Assembly (NCBI GenBank): GCA_963765635.1
Contig: CAVXXF010000004.1
Span: 1,348,932-1,412,931, forward strand
Length of the DNA: 64,000 bases
Reading direction: 5' to 3'
DNA from: an uncultured Thermoleophilia bacterium
Lineage (GTDB): Bacteria > Actinomycetota > Thermoleophilia > UBA2241
Shown here: positions 43,927-53,066 of the stretch, one piece after another
Layout: each line of letters starts with the position of its first letter
Numbering within the stretch: position 1 is the stretch's first letter
Program-made: the position numbers and the translations under genes
The notes under the pieces: model-generated
What the model was told of the DNA's origin: nothing
What the model saw: only the letters and a program-made list of their open reading frames with translations
Database searches by the model: none

Positions 43927-46900
43927 GTGGACCTCATCATCGACGGGCGGCAGGTCGCCGCCGAACCCGGCACCACCATCCTCCAGGCCGCCAGGGCTGC
44001 GGGCATCGAGATCCCGACGCTTTGCCAGGACGATCGCCTCGACCCGATCTCCGCCTGCCGTCTCTGCGTCGTCGCCGTGGATGGTCGCAACGATCCGGTC
44101 ACGGCCTGCGACACGCAGGTCGCCGACGGTCTCGTCGTCACCACGCAGACCGACGAATTGCGCGCCATCCGCCAGCTCAACCTCGAGCTGCTGCTCAGCG
44201 ACCACACCTCTTTCTGCACGCCGCCCTGCCGCGACGCCTGCCCCACGCACATCAAGATCCCGGAGTTCCTCGAGCACATCGCGGCACGCGACTACGACGC
44301 CGGGATGCGCGTACTGCGCGAGGACCTGCCCTTCCCGGGCATCCTCGGGCGCGTGTGCCCGCGGCCTTGCGAGGGGCCCTGCCGGCGGCAGCTCATCGAG
44401 GACCCCATCACCATCTGTCAGCTCCACCGCTACATGGCCGACCACACGCGCCCCGGCGAACAGGAGGGCGAGCTGCTGCTTCCGCACGAGCCCAAGCCCG
44501 ACTCCGGCAAGCGCATCGCGATCGTCGGCGGCGGGCCCGCCGGCCTCGCCGCCGCCTTCTACGCGCGTCTCGAAGGGCACGCCGTCACGATCTTCGAGGC
44601 TATGCCTCACCCTGGGGGCATGCTCCGCTACGGCATTCCCAGCTACCGCCTGCCGCGCGACGTCATCGACGAGGAGCTCAACATCCTCTGGCGCATGGGC
44701 GTCGAGCTGCGGACGGGCGTGCGCCTCGGCATCGATTTCCGGCTCGACGACCTGCGCGCCGAGTACGACGCCGTCTTCCTCGCTCTGGGCGCCTTCAGCG
44801 CCAACGCCATGCGCTGCCCCGGCGAGGATGCTCCCGGGGTCGTCACGGCGATCGACTTCCTCGGCGATCTCGAGCGGGACGGCGAGGTCCACGTGGGGCA
44901 CAAGGTCACGGTCATCGGTGGCGGCTTCACCGCCATGGACGCCTGCCGCACCGCCATCCGACTCGGCGCCGAAGAGGTCACCTGCCTGTATAGGCGTTCG
45001 CGCACCGAGATGCCCGCCCACCACACCGAGGTCGACGAGGCCGAGGAAGAGGGCGTTCGCCTCGTGCTCCAGGTGGCCCCCGTCGCGGTGCTCATCGACG
45101 ACACCGGCAAGGTCAGCGGCGTCGAGATGATCCGCATGGATCTCGGCGAGCCCGACGCGTCCGGCCGCCGCCGGCCCGTTCCCCAGGAGGGTTCGGAGTT
45201 CGTCGTCGAGTGCGATCAGGTGATCAGCGCCATCGGCCAGTTCCCCCAGCTCGACGGCGCCGGCGAGCCGGAGGGGCTTGCCCACACGCGCTGGCGCACG
45301 CTTGCCGTCGACGACTGGACGCTGCAGACCGCCGACCCCAAGGTCTTCGCCGGCGGCGACGCCGTGCTCGGCGCGCAGACGGCCATCCAGGCCATCGCCC
45401 AGGGCAAGAAGGCGGCCTGGAGCATGGACGCCTTCCTGCGCGGCGACGACATGCAGGCGGTCTCGAAGCAGCTGCACGACCTGCGCCGCACGCCCTTCGT
45501 CGAGGCTCTGGAGGCCAAAGCCGACCTTGAGCCGAGCGTGCGCCGTATGGCCGAGGTGCCGCCTGTGTTCATCGACATCAACGCCGGCCTCGCCGAAGTG
45601 AGCCCGCCGGCGCGCATGCCCAAGCTCTGGCCCGAGGACCGCAAGACCAACTTCGAGCAGATCGAGCTGGGCTTCCCCGAGGACGAGGCGGTGCGTGGCG
45701 CCGACCTGTGCCTGCAGTGCTCCTGCGAGGCCAACGGCAAGTGCGACCTGCAGCGCCACAGCATCGACCACGAGGTGTTCGCCAATCGCTTCCAGGGGAC
45801 CGAGGCGCGCGGCTACGACGCCCGCGAGGACACGCCCTTCATCGCCTACGACCCCAACCGCTGCATCCTCTGTGGGCGCTGCGTGTCCGTCTGCCGCGAA
45901 GTCCAGCAGTGCAACGTCCTGGACTTCGGCGAGCGCGGCTTCGACTCGCTGATCACCACCTCGTTCGGGCGCTCCATGGTCGAGACCGACTGCGAGATGT
46001 GCGGCAACTGCGTCTCCGCGTGCCCCACGGGGGCTCTCATGGACAAGCTCAGCCGCGTCGCGGCCAAGGCCGGCGCCACCGCGGCCGTCGACACCGTGTG
46101 CCCCTTCTGCGGCTGCGGCTGCAACGTCCAGCTGCAGGTCAATGATGGCCGCGTCGTGCAGGTCACGTCCCTGGTGAACGAGGGTCCCGGGGAGGGCAAC
46201 CTGTGCGTCAAGGGCCGCTACGGGTACCAGTTCATCGCGCACCCCGACCGGCTGTCGCAGCCGCTCGTGCGCCGCGACGGCGAGCTCGTGCCGGCCACCT
46301 GGGACGAGGCCCTCGCTCTCGTCGCCGAGCGCTTCGCGGCGATCAAGGCCACGCACGGCCCCGACGCGCTCGTCGGGTTCTCGTCGGCGCGCTGCACCAA
46401 CGAGGAGAACTACCTCTTCCAGAAGTTCATGCGCGCCGTCATCGGCACGCAGAACGTCGACCACTGCGCGCGGCTCTGTCACGCCAGCACCGTGACGGGC
46501 CTGCGCCAGTCGCTGGGCAGCGGCGCGATGACCAACTCGTTCAAGGACCTCGAAGAGGCCGACGCCATTCTCATCATCGGCTCCAACACCAGCGAGGCGC
46601 ATCCCATCGGCGCCCTTCACATCAAGCAGGCGCTGCGCCGGGGTGCCAAGCTCATCGTCATCGACCCGCGCACCATCGACATGGCGCGCCGCGCCGATGT
46701 GCACCTGCGGCTGCTCTCGGGCACCAATGTGGCCGTCATCAACGGCATCATGAACGTGATCCTCGAAGAAGGCCTGGCCGATCAGGACTTCATCGCCGGT
46801 CGCACCGAGGGGTACGAGGACCTCCCCGAGGTGCTCGCCGCGTACACGCCGGAGCTGGTCGAAGAGATCGCCGGCGTCCCGGCCGACAAGCTCCGCGAGG

Positions 46901-48111
46901 CGGCGCGCATTTTTGGCGCCGCCGACAAGGGCGCCATCTTCTACTCGATGGGCATCACCCAGCACTCGCACGGTACCGAGCATGTGCTCGCCCTGAGCAA
47001 CCTGGCGCTGCTCACCGGCAACCTCGGCCGCCGCGGCACCGGCGTGAACCCGCTGCGCGGCCAGAACAACGTGCAGGGCGCCTGCGACATGGGCGCGCTG
47101 CCGAACGTGTACACGGGCTATCAGGCCGTGGGCGATCCGGCCGCTCAGAAGCGCTTCTCGGAGGCGTGGGGCGTCGACCTCGCCGACAAGCCCGGCCTCG
47201 GGGTCACGGAGGCCTTCGACGGCATGGCCGCCGGCACGGTGCGCGCCTTGTACGTCGTCGGCGAGAATCCCGTACTCTCGGACCCCGACCAGACGCACGT
47301 CGTCGAGGCGCTCAAAGGTCTCGACTTCTTGGTGGTGCAGGACATCTTCCTCAGCGAGACGGCCGCGCTGGCCGACGTTGTGCTGCCGGCGACCAGCTTC
47401 GCCGAGAAGGACGGTACGTTCACCAACACCGAGCGCAAGGTGCAACGCGTACGTGCTGCCGTGCCGAGCCCGGGCGAGGCGCGCGCCGACTGGGCGATCA
47501 TCGCCGAGCTCGCGCGCCGGCTCGGCGGTGCCGGCGGCTGGGACTACGCGCGCCCCGCCGACATCATGGCCGAGATCGACGCGCTCACGCCCTCGTATGC
47601 CGGCGTGACGTATGAGCGCCTGGACGCCGAGGGCGGCCTCTGCTGGCCGTGCCCCGACACGACGCATCCCGGCACGCCCATCCTGCACATCGGCCAGTTC
47701 ACGCGCGGCAAGGGCAAGTTCTTCCCGATCGCCTACCAGCCTCCGGCGGAGGTCGCCGGTGGCGACTACCCGCTCACCCTCACCACGGGCCGCATGCTCG
47801 AGCACTACCACACGGGCACCATGACGCGGCGCTCCGACGGCCTTAACGAGCTAGTGCCCACGGGGTTCGCCGAGATCCACCCGGACGACGCGGCGCGCCT
47901 CGGCATCAGCGACGGCGCCTCAGTGAGCGTGGAGACGCGGCGCGGCGTTATCAGCGTCCCGGCCAACGTCACGGCTCGCGTGCGCCCGGGCACCGTGTTC
48001 GTGCCCTTCCATTTCTGGGAGTCGCCGGCCAACATGCTCACCAATACGGCTCGCGACCCCATGGCCAAGATCCCCGAGTTCAAGGTGTGCGCCTGCCGGG
48101 TCACCGCCTGA
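43927..48111 (+). CDS. Fusion protein: 2Fe-2S ferredoxin domain + GltD-like NAD(P)H-dependent Fe-S flavoprotein + formate-dehydrogenase-type molybdopterin oxidoreductase alpha subunit (Cys-type)
   Basis: 1394 aa. Residues 1-85: NuoG/FdsA-type 2Fe-2S (C-x10-C-x2-C...C). Residues 90-560: GltD signature C..CPTHIKIPEF...GRVCPRPCEGPC plus two dinucleotide folds (IAIVGGGPAGL, VTVIGGGFTAMD). Residues 590 onward: His/Cys 4Fe-4S (CLQCSCEANGKC...H), two ferredoxin CxxCxxCxxxCP motifs, MopB CPFCGCGC and molybdopterin-binding domains. Active-site segment NVDHCARLCHASTVTGL aligns to FdhF NxARxUHxPSV with Cys (TGT 46477-46479) in place of Sec. Confidence 0.9.
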   Translation: MDLIIDGRQVAAEPGTTILQAARAAGIEIPTLCQDDRLDPISACRLCVVAVDGRNDPVTACDTQVADGLVVTTQTDELRAIRQLNLELLLSDHTSFCTPPCRDACPTHIKIPEFLEHIAARDYDAGMRVLREDLPFPGILGRVCPRPCEGPCRRQLIEDPITICQLHRYMADHTRPGEQEGELLLPHEPKPDSGKRIAIVGGGPAGLAAAFYARLEGHAVTIFEAMPHPGGMLRYGIPSYRLPRDVIDEELNILWRMGVELRTGVRLGIDFRLDDLRAEYDAVFLALGAFSANAMRCPGEDAPGVVTAIDFLGDLERDGEVHVGHKVTVIGGGFTAMDACRTAIRLGAEEVTCLYRRSRTEMPAHHTEVDEAEEEGVRLVLQVAPVAVLIDDTGKVSGVEMIRMDLGEPDASGRRRPVPQEGSEFVVECDQVISAIGQFPQLDGAGEPEGLAHTRWRTLAVDDWTLQTADPKVFAGGDAVLGAQTAIQAIAQGKKAAWSMDAFLRGDDMQAVSKQLHDLRRTPFVEALEAKADLEPSVRRMAEVPPVFIDINAGLAEVSPPARMPKLWPEDRKTNFEQIELGFPEDEAVRGADLCLQCSCEANGKCDLQRHSIDHEVFANRFQGTEARGYDAREDTPFIAYDPNRCILCGRCVSVCREVQQCNVLDFGERGFDSLITTSFGRSMVETDCEMCGNCVSACPTGALMDKLSRVAAKAGATAAVDTVCPFCGCGCNVQLQVNDGRVVQVTSLVNEGPGEGNLCVKGRYGYQFIAHPDRLSQPLVRRDGELVPATWDEALALVAERFAAIKATHGPDALVGFSSARCTNEENYLFQKFMRAVIGTQNVDHCARLCHASTVTGLRQSLGSGAMTNSFKDLEEADAILIIGSNTSEAHPIGALHIKQALRRGAKLIVIDPRTIDMARRADVHLRLLSGTNVAVINGIMNVILEEGLADQDFIAGRTEGYEDLPEVLAAYTPELVEEIAGVPADKLREAARIFGAADKGAIFYSMGITQHSHGTEHVLALSNLALLTGNLGRRGTGVNPLRGQNNVQGACDMGALPNVYTGYQAVGDPAAQKRFSEAWGVDLADKPGLGVTEAFDGMAAGTVRALYVVGENPVLSDPDQTHVVEALKGLDFLVVQDIFLSETAALADVVLPATSFAEKDGTFTNTERKVQRVRAAVPSPGEARADWAIIAELARRLGGAGGWDYARPADIMAEIDALTPSYAGVTYERLDAEGGLCWPCPDTTHPGTPILHIGQFTRGKGKFFPIAYQPPAEVAGGDYPLTLTTGRMLEHYHTGTMTRRSDGLNELVPTGFAEIHPDDAARLGISDGASVSVETRRGVISVPANVTARVRPGTVFVPFHFWESPANMLTNTARDPMAKIPEFKVCACRVTA

Positions 48112-48136
48112 CGGGCGCCTGCGGCGGCGGTCCGCC

Positions 48137-48835
48137 TTGATACCGCTGCGCGACGACGTGCCGACGCACCGCTTCGCCGTGGTGACGCTGGTCGTCATCG
48201 TACTCAACATGGCGGTGTTCGCCTTCGAGCTGGCGCTGCCGCGCTACGGCCTGACGCTGGGCGGCTTCTACGCCAAGGCCGGGGCTACGCCCTTCGAGCT
48301 GGCCAATGGCCTCGACGTACCGCCGGCCGATCTCGTGCCGTGGTGGGCGACGCTCTTCACCAGCATGTTCGTGCACGGCGGCTGGCTCCACCTGATCTTC
48401 AACATGCTGTACCTGTGGATCTTCGGCAACAACGTGGAAGATACTCTCGGGCGCGCGCGGTTCCTCGGCTTCTACCTCGCCTGCGGCCTTGTGGCCACTG
48501 CCACCCAGGTGCTCACAGACCCGGGGTCCACGGCCCCTCTGATCGGCGCCAGCGGCGCCGTCGCCGGCGTGCTCGGCGCCTACCTCGTGCTGTATCCGCA
48601 CGCCAGAGTCCTCAGCGTGTTCACGCTGGGGTTCGTCTTCCCGGTGGTCTCGGTGCCGGCCTGGATCCTGCTCGGGATCTGGTTCGTGCTCCAGGCCGTG
48701 GAGGGCGTACTGTCGTTCCGCCACCCCGACGTGGGCGTGGCGTTCTTCGCCCATGTCGGGGGCTTCGTGACCGGCATCGGCCTGGGCTTCGTCCTGGCGC
48801 CGCGGCCGCGCCGCCGCGCCCCGCGGCGGGCCTGA
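48137..48835 (+). CDS. Rhomboid-family intramembrane serine protease
   Basis: GASGAVAGVLG catalytic Ser motif in TM4, His in AHVGGFVTG (TM6), HGGWLHLIFNM. Confidence 0.85.
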   Translation: MIPLRDDVPTHRFAVVTLVVIVLNMAVFAFELALPRYGLTLGGFYAKAGATPFELANGLDVPPADLVPWWATLFTSMFVHGGWLHLIFNMLYLWIFGNNVEDTLGRARFLGFYLACGLVATATQVLTDPGSTAPLIGASGAVAGVLGAYLVLYPHARVLSVFTLGFVFPVVSVPAWILLGIWFVLQAVEGVLSFRHPDVGVAFFAHVGGFVTGIGLGFVLAPRPRRRAPRRA

Positions 48836-48865
48836 GGTGTAAGCTTGCCGCCACGAGGCTGCAGC

Positions 48866-49681
48866 ATGATCACCGACTATCACATCCACACGGGCATGTG
48901 CCCCCACGCCGAGGGCGACGCACGCGAGTACGTCGAGCGCGCCATCGGTCTCGGCATGTCCGAGATGGGTTTCGCCGAGCACCTGCCGTTCCTCGGCGGC
49001 TGGACGCCTCTCCACGACCTCACCGACGACTGGGCCATGGGCCTGGACGAGGTCGACGACTATGTCTCGCGGGTGCAGGCCCTTGCGCGGGAGTACGCCG
49101 CGGACCTGCGCATCCTGGTCGGCATCGAGGCCGACTACATCGAGGAGACGCTCGACGAGACCGCCGAGATGCTGGCGAGCTATCCCTTCGACTACGTGAT
49201 CGGCTCCATTCACATCGTCGGCGAGCGCTTCGCCTTCGACCATCCGGAGATGCGCGAGCACCTTCCCGAGTATGGCTTCGAGCGGATCTTCGTCGAGAGC
49301 CTCGAGCTGGCCGAACGCGCGGCCGCCAGCGGCCTCTTCGACGTCATGGGGCACCTCGACCACGCGAAGAAGCTCGGCCCAAGGCCGCGAGACGAAGCGG
49401 CCGTGACGGCCGCTTCGTCCGCGGCGCTGCGCGCCGTGGCGGCGGCCGGCATGGCACTCGAGCTCAACACGTCCGGGCTGCGAAAGCCGGTCGGCGAAGC
49501 CTACCCGGCGCCCGGTCTTCTCGCCGAAGCACGCGCCCTCGGCATCCCGCTGACCTTCGCTTCGGACGCCCACCGTCCGCAAGAGGTGGGGTGGGCCTTC
49601 GACCAGGCCGCCGAGACGGCGCGGGCAGCCGGCTACGCGGCCACCTTGCGCTTCGCCGGCGGCCTCCCGGAGCCGCTCTGA
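48866..49681 (+). CDS. PHP-family histidinol-phosphatase (HisJ/HisK-like)
   Basis: MITDYHIHT (HxH), GFAEH, GIEADY, IGSIHI, HLDH, ASDAH metal-binding motifs of PHP domain. Confidence 0.8.
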   Translation: MITDYHIHTGMCPHAEGDAREYVERAIGLGMSEMGFAEHLPFLGGWTPLHDLTDDWAMGLDEVDDYVSRVQALAREYAADLRILVGIEADYIEETLDETAEMLASYPFDYVIGSIHIVGERFAFDHPEMREHLPEYGFERIFVESLELAERAAASGLFDVMGHLDHAKKLGPRPRDEAAVTAASSAALRAVAAAGMALELNTSGLRKPVGEAYPAPGLLAEARALGIPLTFASDAHRPQEVGWAFDQAAETARAAGYAATLRFAGGLPEPL

Positions 49682-50574
49682 TGCTGCCCGACGTCGGCCG
49701 GCATCTCATGGCGATCTACAACACGCACTCGGGCGGCGGCGCCTACCACCGCGACCTGCCGCTGATCATCGACGCCCTGCGCGGCCTCGGCTACGACGTC
49801 GACGAGCGCGAGACCCAGGGCGTGGGCGACGCCACGCGCCTCGCGCGCGAGGCCGTGGAGCAGGGGCTCGACCTCGTCTGCGCCATCGGCGGCGACGGCA
49901 CCGTCAACGAGACCATCAACGGACTCGCCGGCACGGAGGTGCCGCTGGCCATCGTGCCCACGGGCACGGTCAACGTGCTCGCCATGGAGCTCGGCATCCC
50001 GCTGGACCCCCCCGACGCCGTCAAGCTCCTCGAAATGGGCGCCGTGTCGTGGATCGACCTCGGCCTCGCCGGGGAGCGCTCCTTCGCGCTGATGGCCGGC
50101 GTCGGTATGGACGCGGCTGTCGTCGCCTCGCTCAACCCGGCCATGAAGAAGGCGTTCAAGGAGGCGGCCTTCGCCATGCAGGGCTTCGCCAACTACCTCA
50201 CCAAAGAAGAGCCGCTCATCCGCGTGACCGCCGCGGAGCGCACTGTGGAGGGGTACTTCGCGGTGTTCGGCAACTCGTCGAATTACGGCGGCGGCTTCGG
50301 CATCACGCCGCTGGCCGACATGCGTGACGGCCTTCTGGACGTCTGCGTACTCACGGACAAGTCCCTGCTGAGCACCATCTGGTACTGGACCGCCGCGCTC
50401 ATCAACGCGCACATCAAGCACCCCAAGGTCGAGTACTTCCGCACCGAAGAAGCCGAGATCGTCACGGTCGAGGAAGGCCAGGAAGTGCTCGTCCAGACCG
50501 ACGGGGAGATGGCGGGCAGCCTGCCGCTGACCTGTCGGGTCGTGCCCCGCTCGCTGCGCGTCATCGTGCCCTGA
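49681..50574 (+). CDS. Diacylglycerol-kinase catalytic-domain lipid kinase (YegS/DagK-like)
   Basis: MAIYNTHSGGG...DLVCAIGGDGTVNETINGL...PLAIVPTGTVNVLA are DAGK_cat signatures. TGATG overlap with the upstream gene. Confidence 0.8.
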   Translation: MLPDVGRHLMAIYNTHSGGGAYHRDLPLIIDALRGLGYDVDERETQGVGDATRLAREAVEQGLDLVCAIGGDGTVNETINGLAGTEVPLAIVPTGTVNVLAMELGIPLDPPDAVKLLEMGAVSWIDLGLAGERSFALMAGVGMDAAVVASLNPAMKKAFKEAAFAMQGFANYLTKEEPLIRVTAAERTVEGYFAVFGNSSNYGGGFGITPLADMRDGLLDVCVLTDKSLLSTIWYWTAALINAHIKHPKVEYFRTEEAEIVTVEEGQEVLVQTDGEMAGSLPLTCRVVPRSLRVIVP

Positions 50575-50577
50575 CGG

Positions 50578-51171
50578 TTACAGACCCATCACCTGTGCCA
50601 GCGCGCGCAGCCGCTCGACGTACTCCTTGCGCGCCTTGGGGTCGCGCTCGCGCAACTCCTCGGGCGCGGCCACCGGGACGATCTTGAAGGCGGGGTTGTC
50701 GAAGAGGCGCAGCTCGAGCGAGTCGCCCTTCTTGTACGGCCGGTCCTTGAAGAGCTTGCCAAGCAGATAGCGCGCCGTCTCCTCGCCCACGGGGAGGACG
50801 AAGTGCGGCGTTGTGATGGTGAGTTCCTTGGACAGGAACGGATAGCAGTCGTCCTGTTCCTTCGGCTCAGGAGCGCGCAGGTCGCAGGCGGTGCGCGGTA
50901 CGCACTTCATGAGGGTGGTGACGTACACCTTCTCGGCGCTCTCCGTGAGAGCCGGCATGAACTCGGCCAGGCCGGCGACGAGCGTGGAGCCGGCGGGCAG
51001 CCCCGCCTTTTCATCGGCGGGGTCCGGGCTGAGGGAGACGACCATCACCGAGCAGTGCGGGTGGCCGCCCCCGGGGACGGCGCGGAGACGGCAGGCGACG
51101 AGCTCCTCGCAGCGGGTGCACTCGCCGACGCTCCGCGCCAGCTTCTCCAGTTGTTCGAGCGCATCTTCCAT
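50578..51171 (-). CDS. Uracil-DNA glycosylase superfamily protein (family 4/5-like)
   Basis: 197 aa; GECTRCEEL...VPGGGHPHCSVMVVSLSPD resembles UDG family-4 motif A (GEGPG variant) with Fe-S Cys candidates. Upstream 188 codons of the track ORF are spurious. Confidence 0.65.
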   Translation of the reverse strand: MEDALEQLEKLARSVGECTRCEELVACRLRAVPGGGHPHCSVMVVSLSPDPADEKAGLPAGSTLVAGLAEFMPALTESAEKVYVTTLMKCVPRTACDLRAPEPKEQDDCYPFLSKELTITTPHFVLPVGEETARYLLGKLFKDRPYKKGDSLELRLFDNPAFKIVPVAAPEELRERDPKARKEYVERLRALAQVMGL

Positions 51172-51224
51172 GAGAGGTCCCTTCTGTCGTGGGTCCGGCC
51201 GGAGCGGGGCTCCGGCCGGGGCGG

Positions 51225-51566
51225 TCAGGCGCCGGTCGTGATGAGCCGGTACTCGCAGGTCAGGGCGCGGGGTTCGCCGACGAGCGCGAGCATGAGCTCG
51301 TCCCCGAAGGGCGCCAGCACCACGTTGAGCGTGTCGAACTCGAGAGAGATGTACTTGGCCTCGGGCTGGCCGAGCTCGTCGGCCAGGCGCGCGCCCAGGT
51401 CGATGGCGCCGGCCGCCTGGGCGGCGACGGCCTCGGTGGCGAAGCCGGGCTCGGCGTCGGCGGCCACCACGAAGCCGTCGCGCGAGATGAGAAGGGCGGC
51501 GACGATGCCCGGGGTCTCGCGGTAGGGAGTCAGTCTGGTGACGAGGGAGTCGGCCTTGTCGCTCAC
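51225..51566 (-). CDS. Roadblock/LC7 (MglB-like) domain protein
   Basis: 113 aa; GIVAALLISRDGFVVAA...LNVVLAPFGDELMLALVGE is the typical roadblock pattern. Confidence 0.7.
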   Translation of the reverse strand: MSDKADSLVTRLTPYRETPGIVAALLISRDGFVVAADAEPGFATEAVAAQAAGAIDLGARLADELGQPEAKYISLEFDTLNVVLAPFGDELMLALVGEPRALTCEYRLITTGA

Positions 51567-51862
51567 AGTGCCTCCAAAGCGGTGTCGAGTTGGCGGCGCA
51601 CGGCGTCTGCGAACGCGTCTGCCGCTGCGCCCTCGGCGAACACGCGCGAGAGGCCGTCGGTGAGGCCGACCAGCTCGCTGACGAAGATGCTTGTGCGGGG
51701 GATCGGCGAACCCTCGGAGACGGTGAGCGCACCATCGAGCGGCAGCTGGATCAGCGTGTCACCGCTGAGGAAGAGCCGGCTGGTCTCACGCCCCGACAGC
51801 CGCACTCTGACGCGCACGGCGACCCCCTCGGGGACCAGCTCGTTGGCGATGTCGATCTCCAC
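51563..51862 (-). CDS. Hypothetical 99-aa protein, possibly a second roadblock-like component
   Basis: ATGA overlap with the roadblock gene; size and alternating hydrophobic pattern compatible with roadblock-like fold; inference only. Confidence 0.45.
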   Translation of the reverse strand: MEIDIANELVPEGVAVRVRVRLSGRETSRLFLSGDTLIQLPLDGALTVSEGSPIPRTSIFVSELVGLTDGLSRVFAEGAAADAFADAVRRQLDTALEAL

Positions 51863-51925
51863 AGGCGAAGACTAGCGAGGCCGATGGTAGGTAGCAAGAC
51901 CTCGGCCCCCGCAAGGGCCGCCGCG

Positions 51926-52912
51926 TCACTGCGCGGCCGCCAGCGTGACCGTCGCCGGGACGGCCTCCCGGCTCTCGCCGGGTGCCAAGGCTTCGTCGCG
52001 CGCCGCCGCCAGAAGGTCGGGGAGGCGACGTATGGTGGGGAAGGAAGAAGCGCCGGCGGCCAGCGTCTGCCGGCGCCCGGCGATCAGATTGGCGCTCACA
52101 TCGTGGGCGACCTCGGCGGCGAGCTCGCGAGCCTCGGCCAGGGTGCGGCCGGCGAGGACCAGCACGAACGCGTCGGCGCGCACGCGAAAGGCGCGGTCGT
52201 CGGCCGCGAGGCGGCGCTCGATGCGCCGCGCGACGCCGCGCACGAGCTGCTCGCTGCGCTCCGCCCCGAGAAAGTCGTGGCAATCCTGGAAGTGCTCGAG
52301 GCGCAGGCAGACGACGCCCAGCGGCTGATGCTCGGCGAGCGCCGCCTCCATCCCTACGCCGAGCAGCTCCTCGAGACGCTCGCCGGTGTAGAAACCGGTG
52401 GTGTCGTCGACCCTGGCCGGCCGCCGCCGCGGGGCCGGCTTCCTCTTCAGACGGGTCGCCGCGACCCAGCCACCGGCCGCCAGCACGATGACTTTGGCGA
52501 CCCCGCCGGCGCGGCTGCCTCCGAGCGAGGGATCGGCGATCGCGAGGACGATCAGCAGCAGGAGAGTGGGGGCCAGGAGATACGGCCAGTCCTTGCGCGG
52601 CGCGCCGGCAAGCTGGCCCATGGCGAGCACCGGCACGGCGCCCAGAAGCCAGCTCTCGGCGCCGCCGGAGAACACGAGGGTGCAGCCGAGAAGCAGCCAG
52701 TCGAGGACGGCGAACGTGTGCGCCAGCTCTTCGCGACGCAGGCGCGCCACGTGCACGGAGTACGCGCCCAGCGCCACGCCCATCAGCGCGGGTACGGCCG
52801 CCTCCGGGTGGCCGAGCGCCACAGCGGAAACGGCGAGAAGCGCGAAGAAGAGGGTGCGAAAGCGGCCTCGCAGAAGTGCCGGGCTGCGGCGTCTGCGAGA
52901 CGGGCGCCTCAC
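51926..52912 (-). CDS. Polytopic membrane protein with degenerate GGDEF domain (no GG[DE]EF; reads DAFVLVL)
   Basis: Five to six TM helices, then GGDEF-like fold (TGFYTGERLEELL..., RLAADDRAFRVRADAFVLVLAG, RELAAEVAHDV) lacking the catalytic GGDEF/GGEEF signature. Confidence 0.65.
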   Translation of the reverse strand: MRRPSRRRRSPALLRGRFRTLFFALLAVSAVALGHPEAAVPALMGVALGAYSVHVARLRREELAHTFAVLDWLLLGCTLVFSGGAESWLLGAVPVLAMGQLAGAPRKDWPYLLAPTLLLLIVLAIADPSLGGSRAGGVAKVIVLAAGGWVAATRLKRKPAPRRRPARVDDTTGFYTGERLEELLGVGMEAALAEHQPLGVVCLRLEHFQDCHDFLGAERSEQLVRGVARRIERRLAADDRAFRVRADAFVLVLAGRTLAEARELAAEVAHDVSANLIAGRRQTLAAGASSFPTIRRLPDLLAAARDEALAPGESREAVPATVTLAAAQ

Positions 52913-53050
52913 CGAGGCGCCGTCCGAGTCATGCGTGGCGAATGGGGTGCGCGCTGCATGCCGCGAGTATTCTCCCCCATTCCGGCAAATCCTTCAAGGT
53001 CGACTTAAGGGTTGGGGTTAGCGGCTCACTGGCACGCCCGGCGTCGTCGG

Positions 53051-53060
53051 CTATAATCGG
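53051..53060 (+). promoter_or_regulatory. -10 box GCTATAATCG 8 nt upstream of the iorA GTG start (probable leaderless transcript)
   Basis: TATAAT at 53053-53058, GTG at 53067; no room for an SD sequence. Confidence 0.5.
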
Positions 53061-53066
53061 TGCCCC

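Noticed and set aside
46477-46479. Possible selenocysteine (TGA) at the formate-dehydrogenase active site
   Set aside because: The codon is TGT (Cys) and the ORF has no in-frame TGA; no SECIS-like need.
43900-47811. 1303-aa minus-strand ORF
   Set aside because: Antisense to the FDH-fusion gene, which carries dozens of correctly spaced Fe-S, FAD and MopB motifs; the antisense product is low complexity.
48101-49582. 493-aa minus-strand ORF and the 744-aa ORF at 48340-50574
   Set aside because: Overlap three well-supported short genes (rhomboid, PHP phosphatase, DagK-like) on the plus strand; compositions are artefactual.
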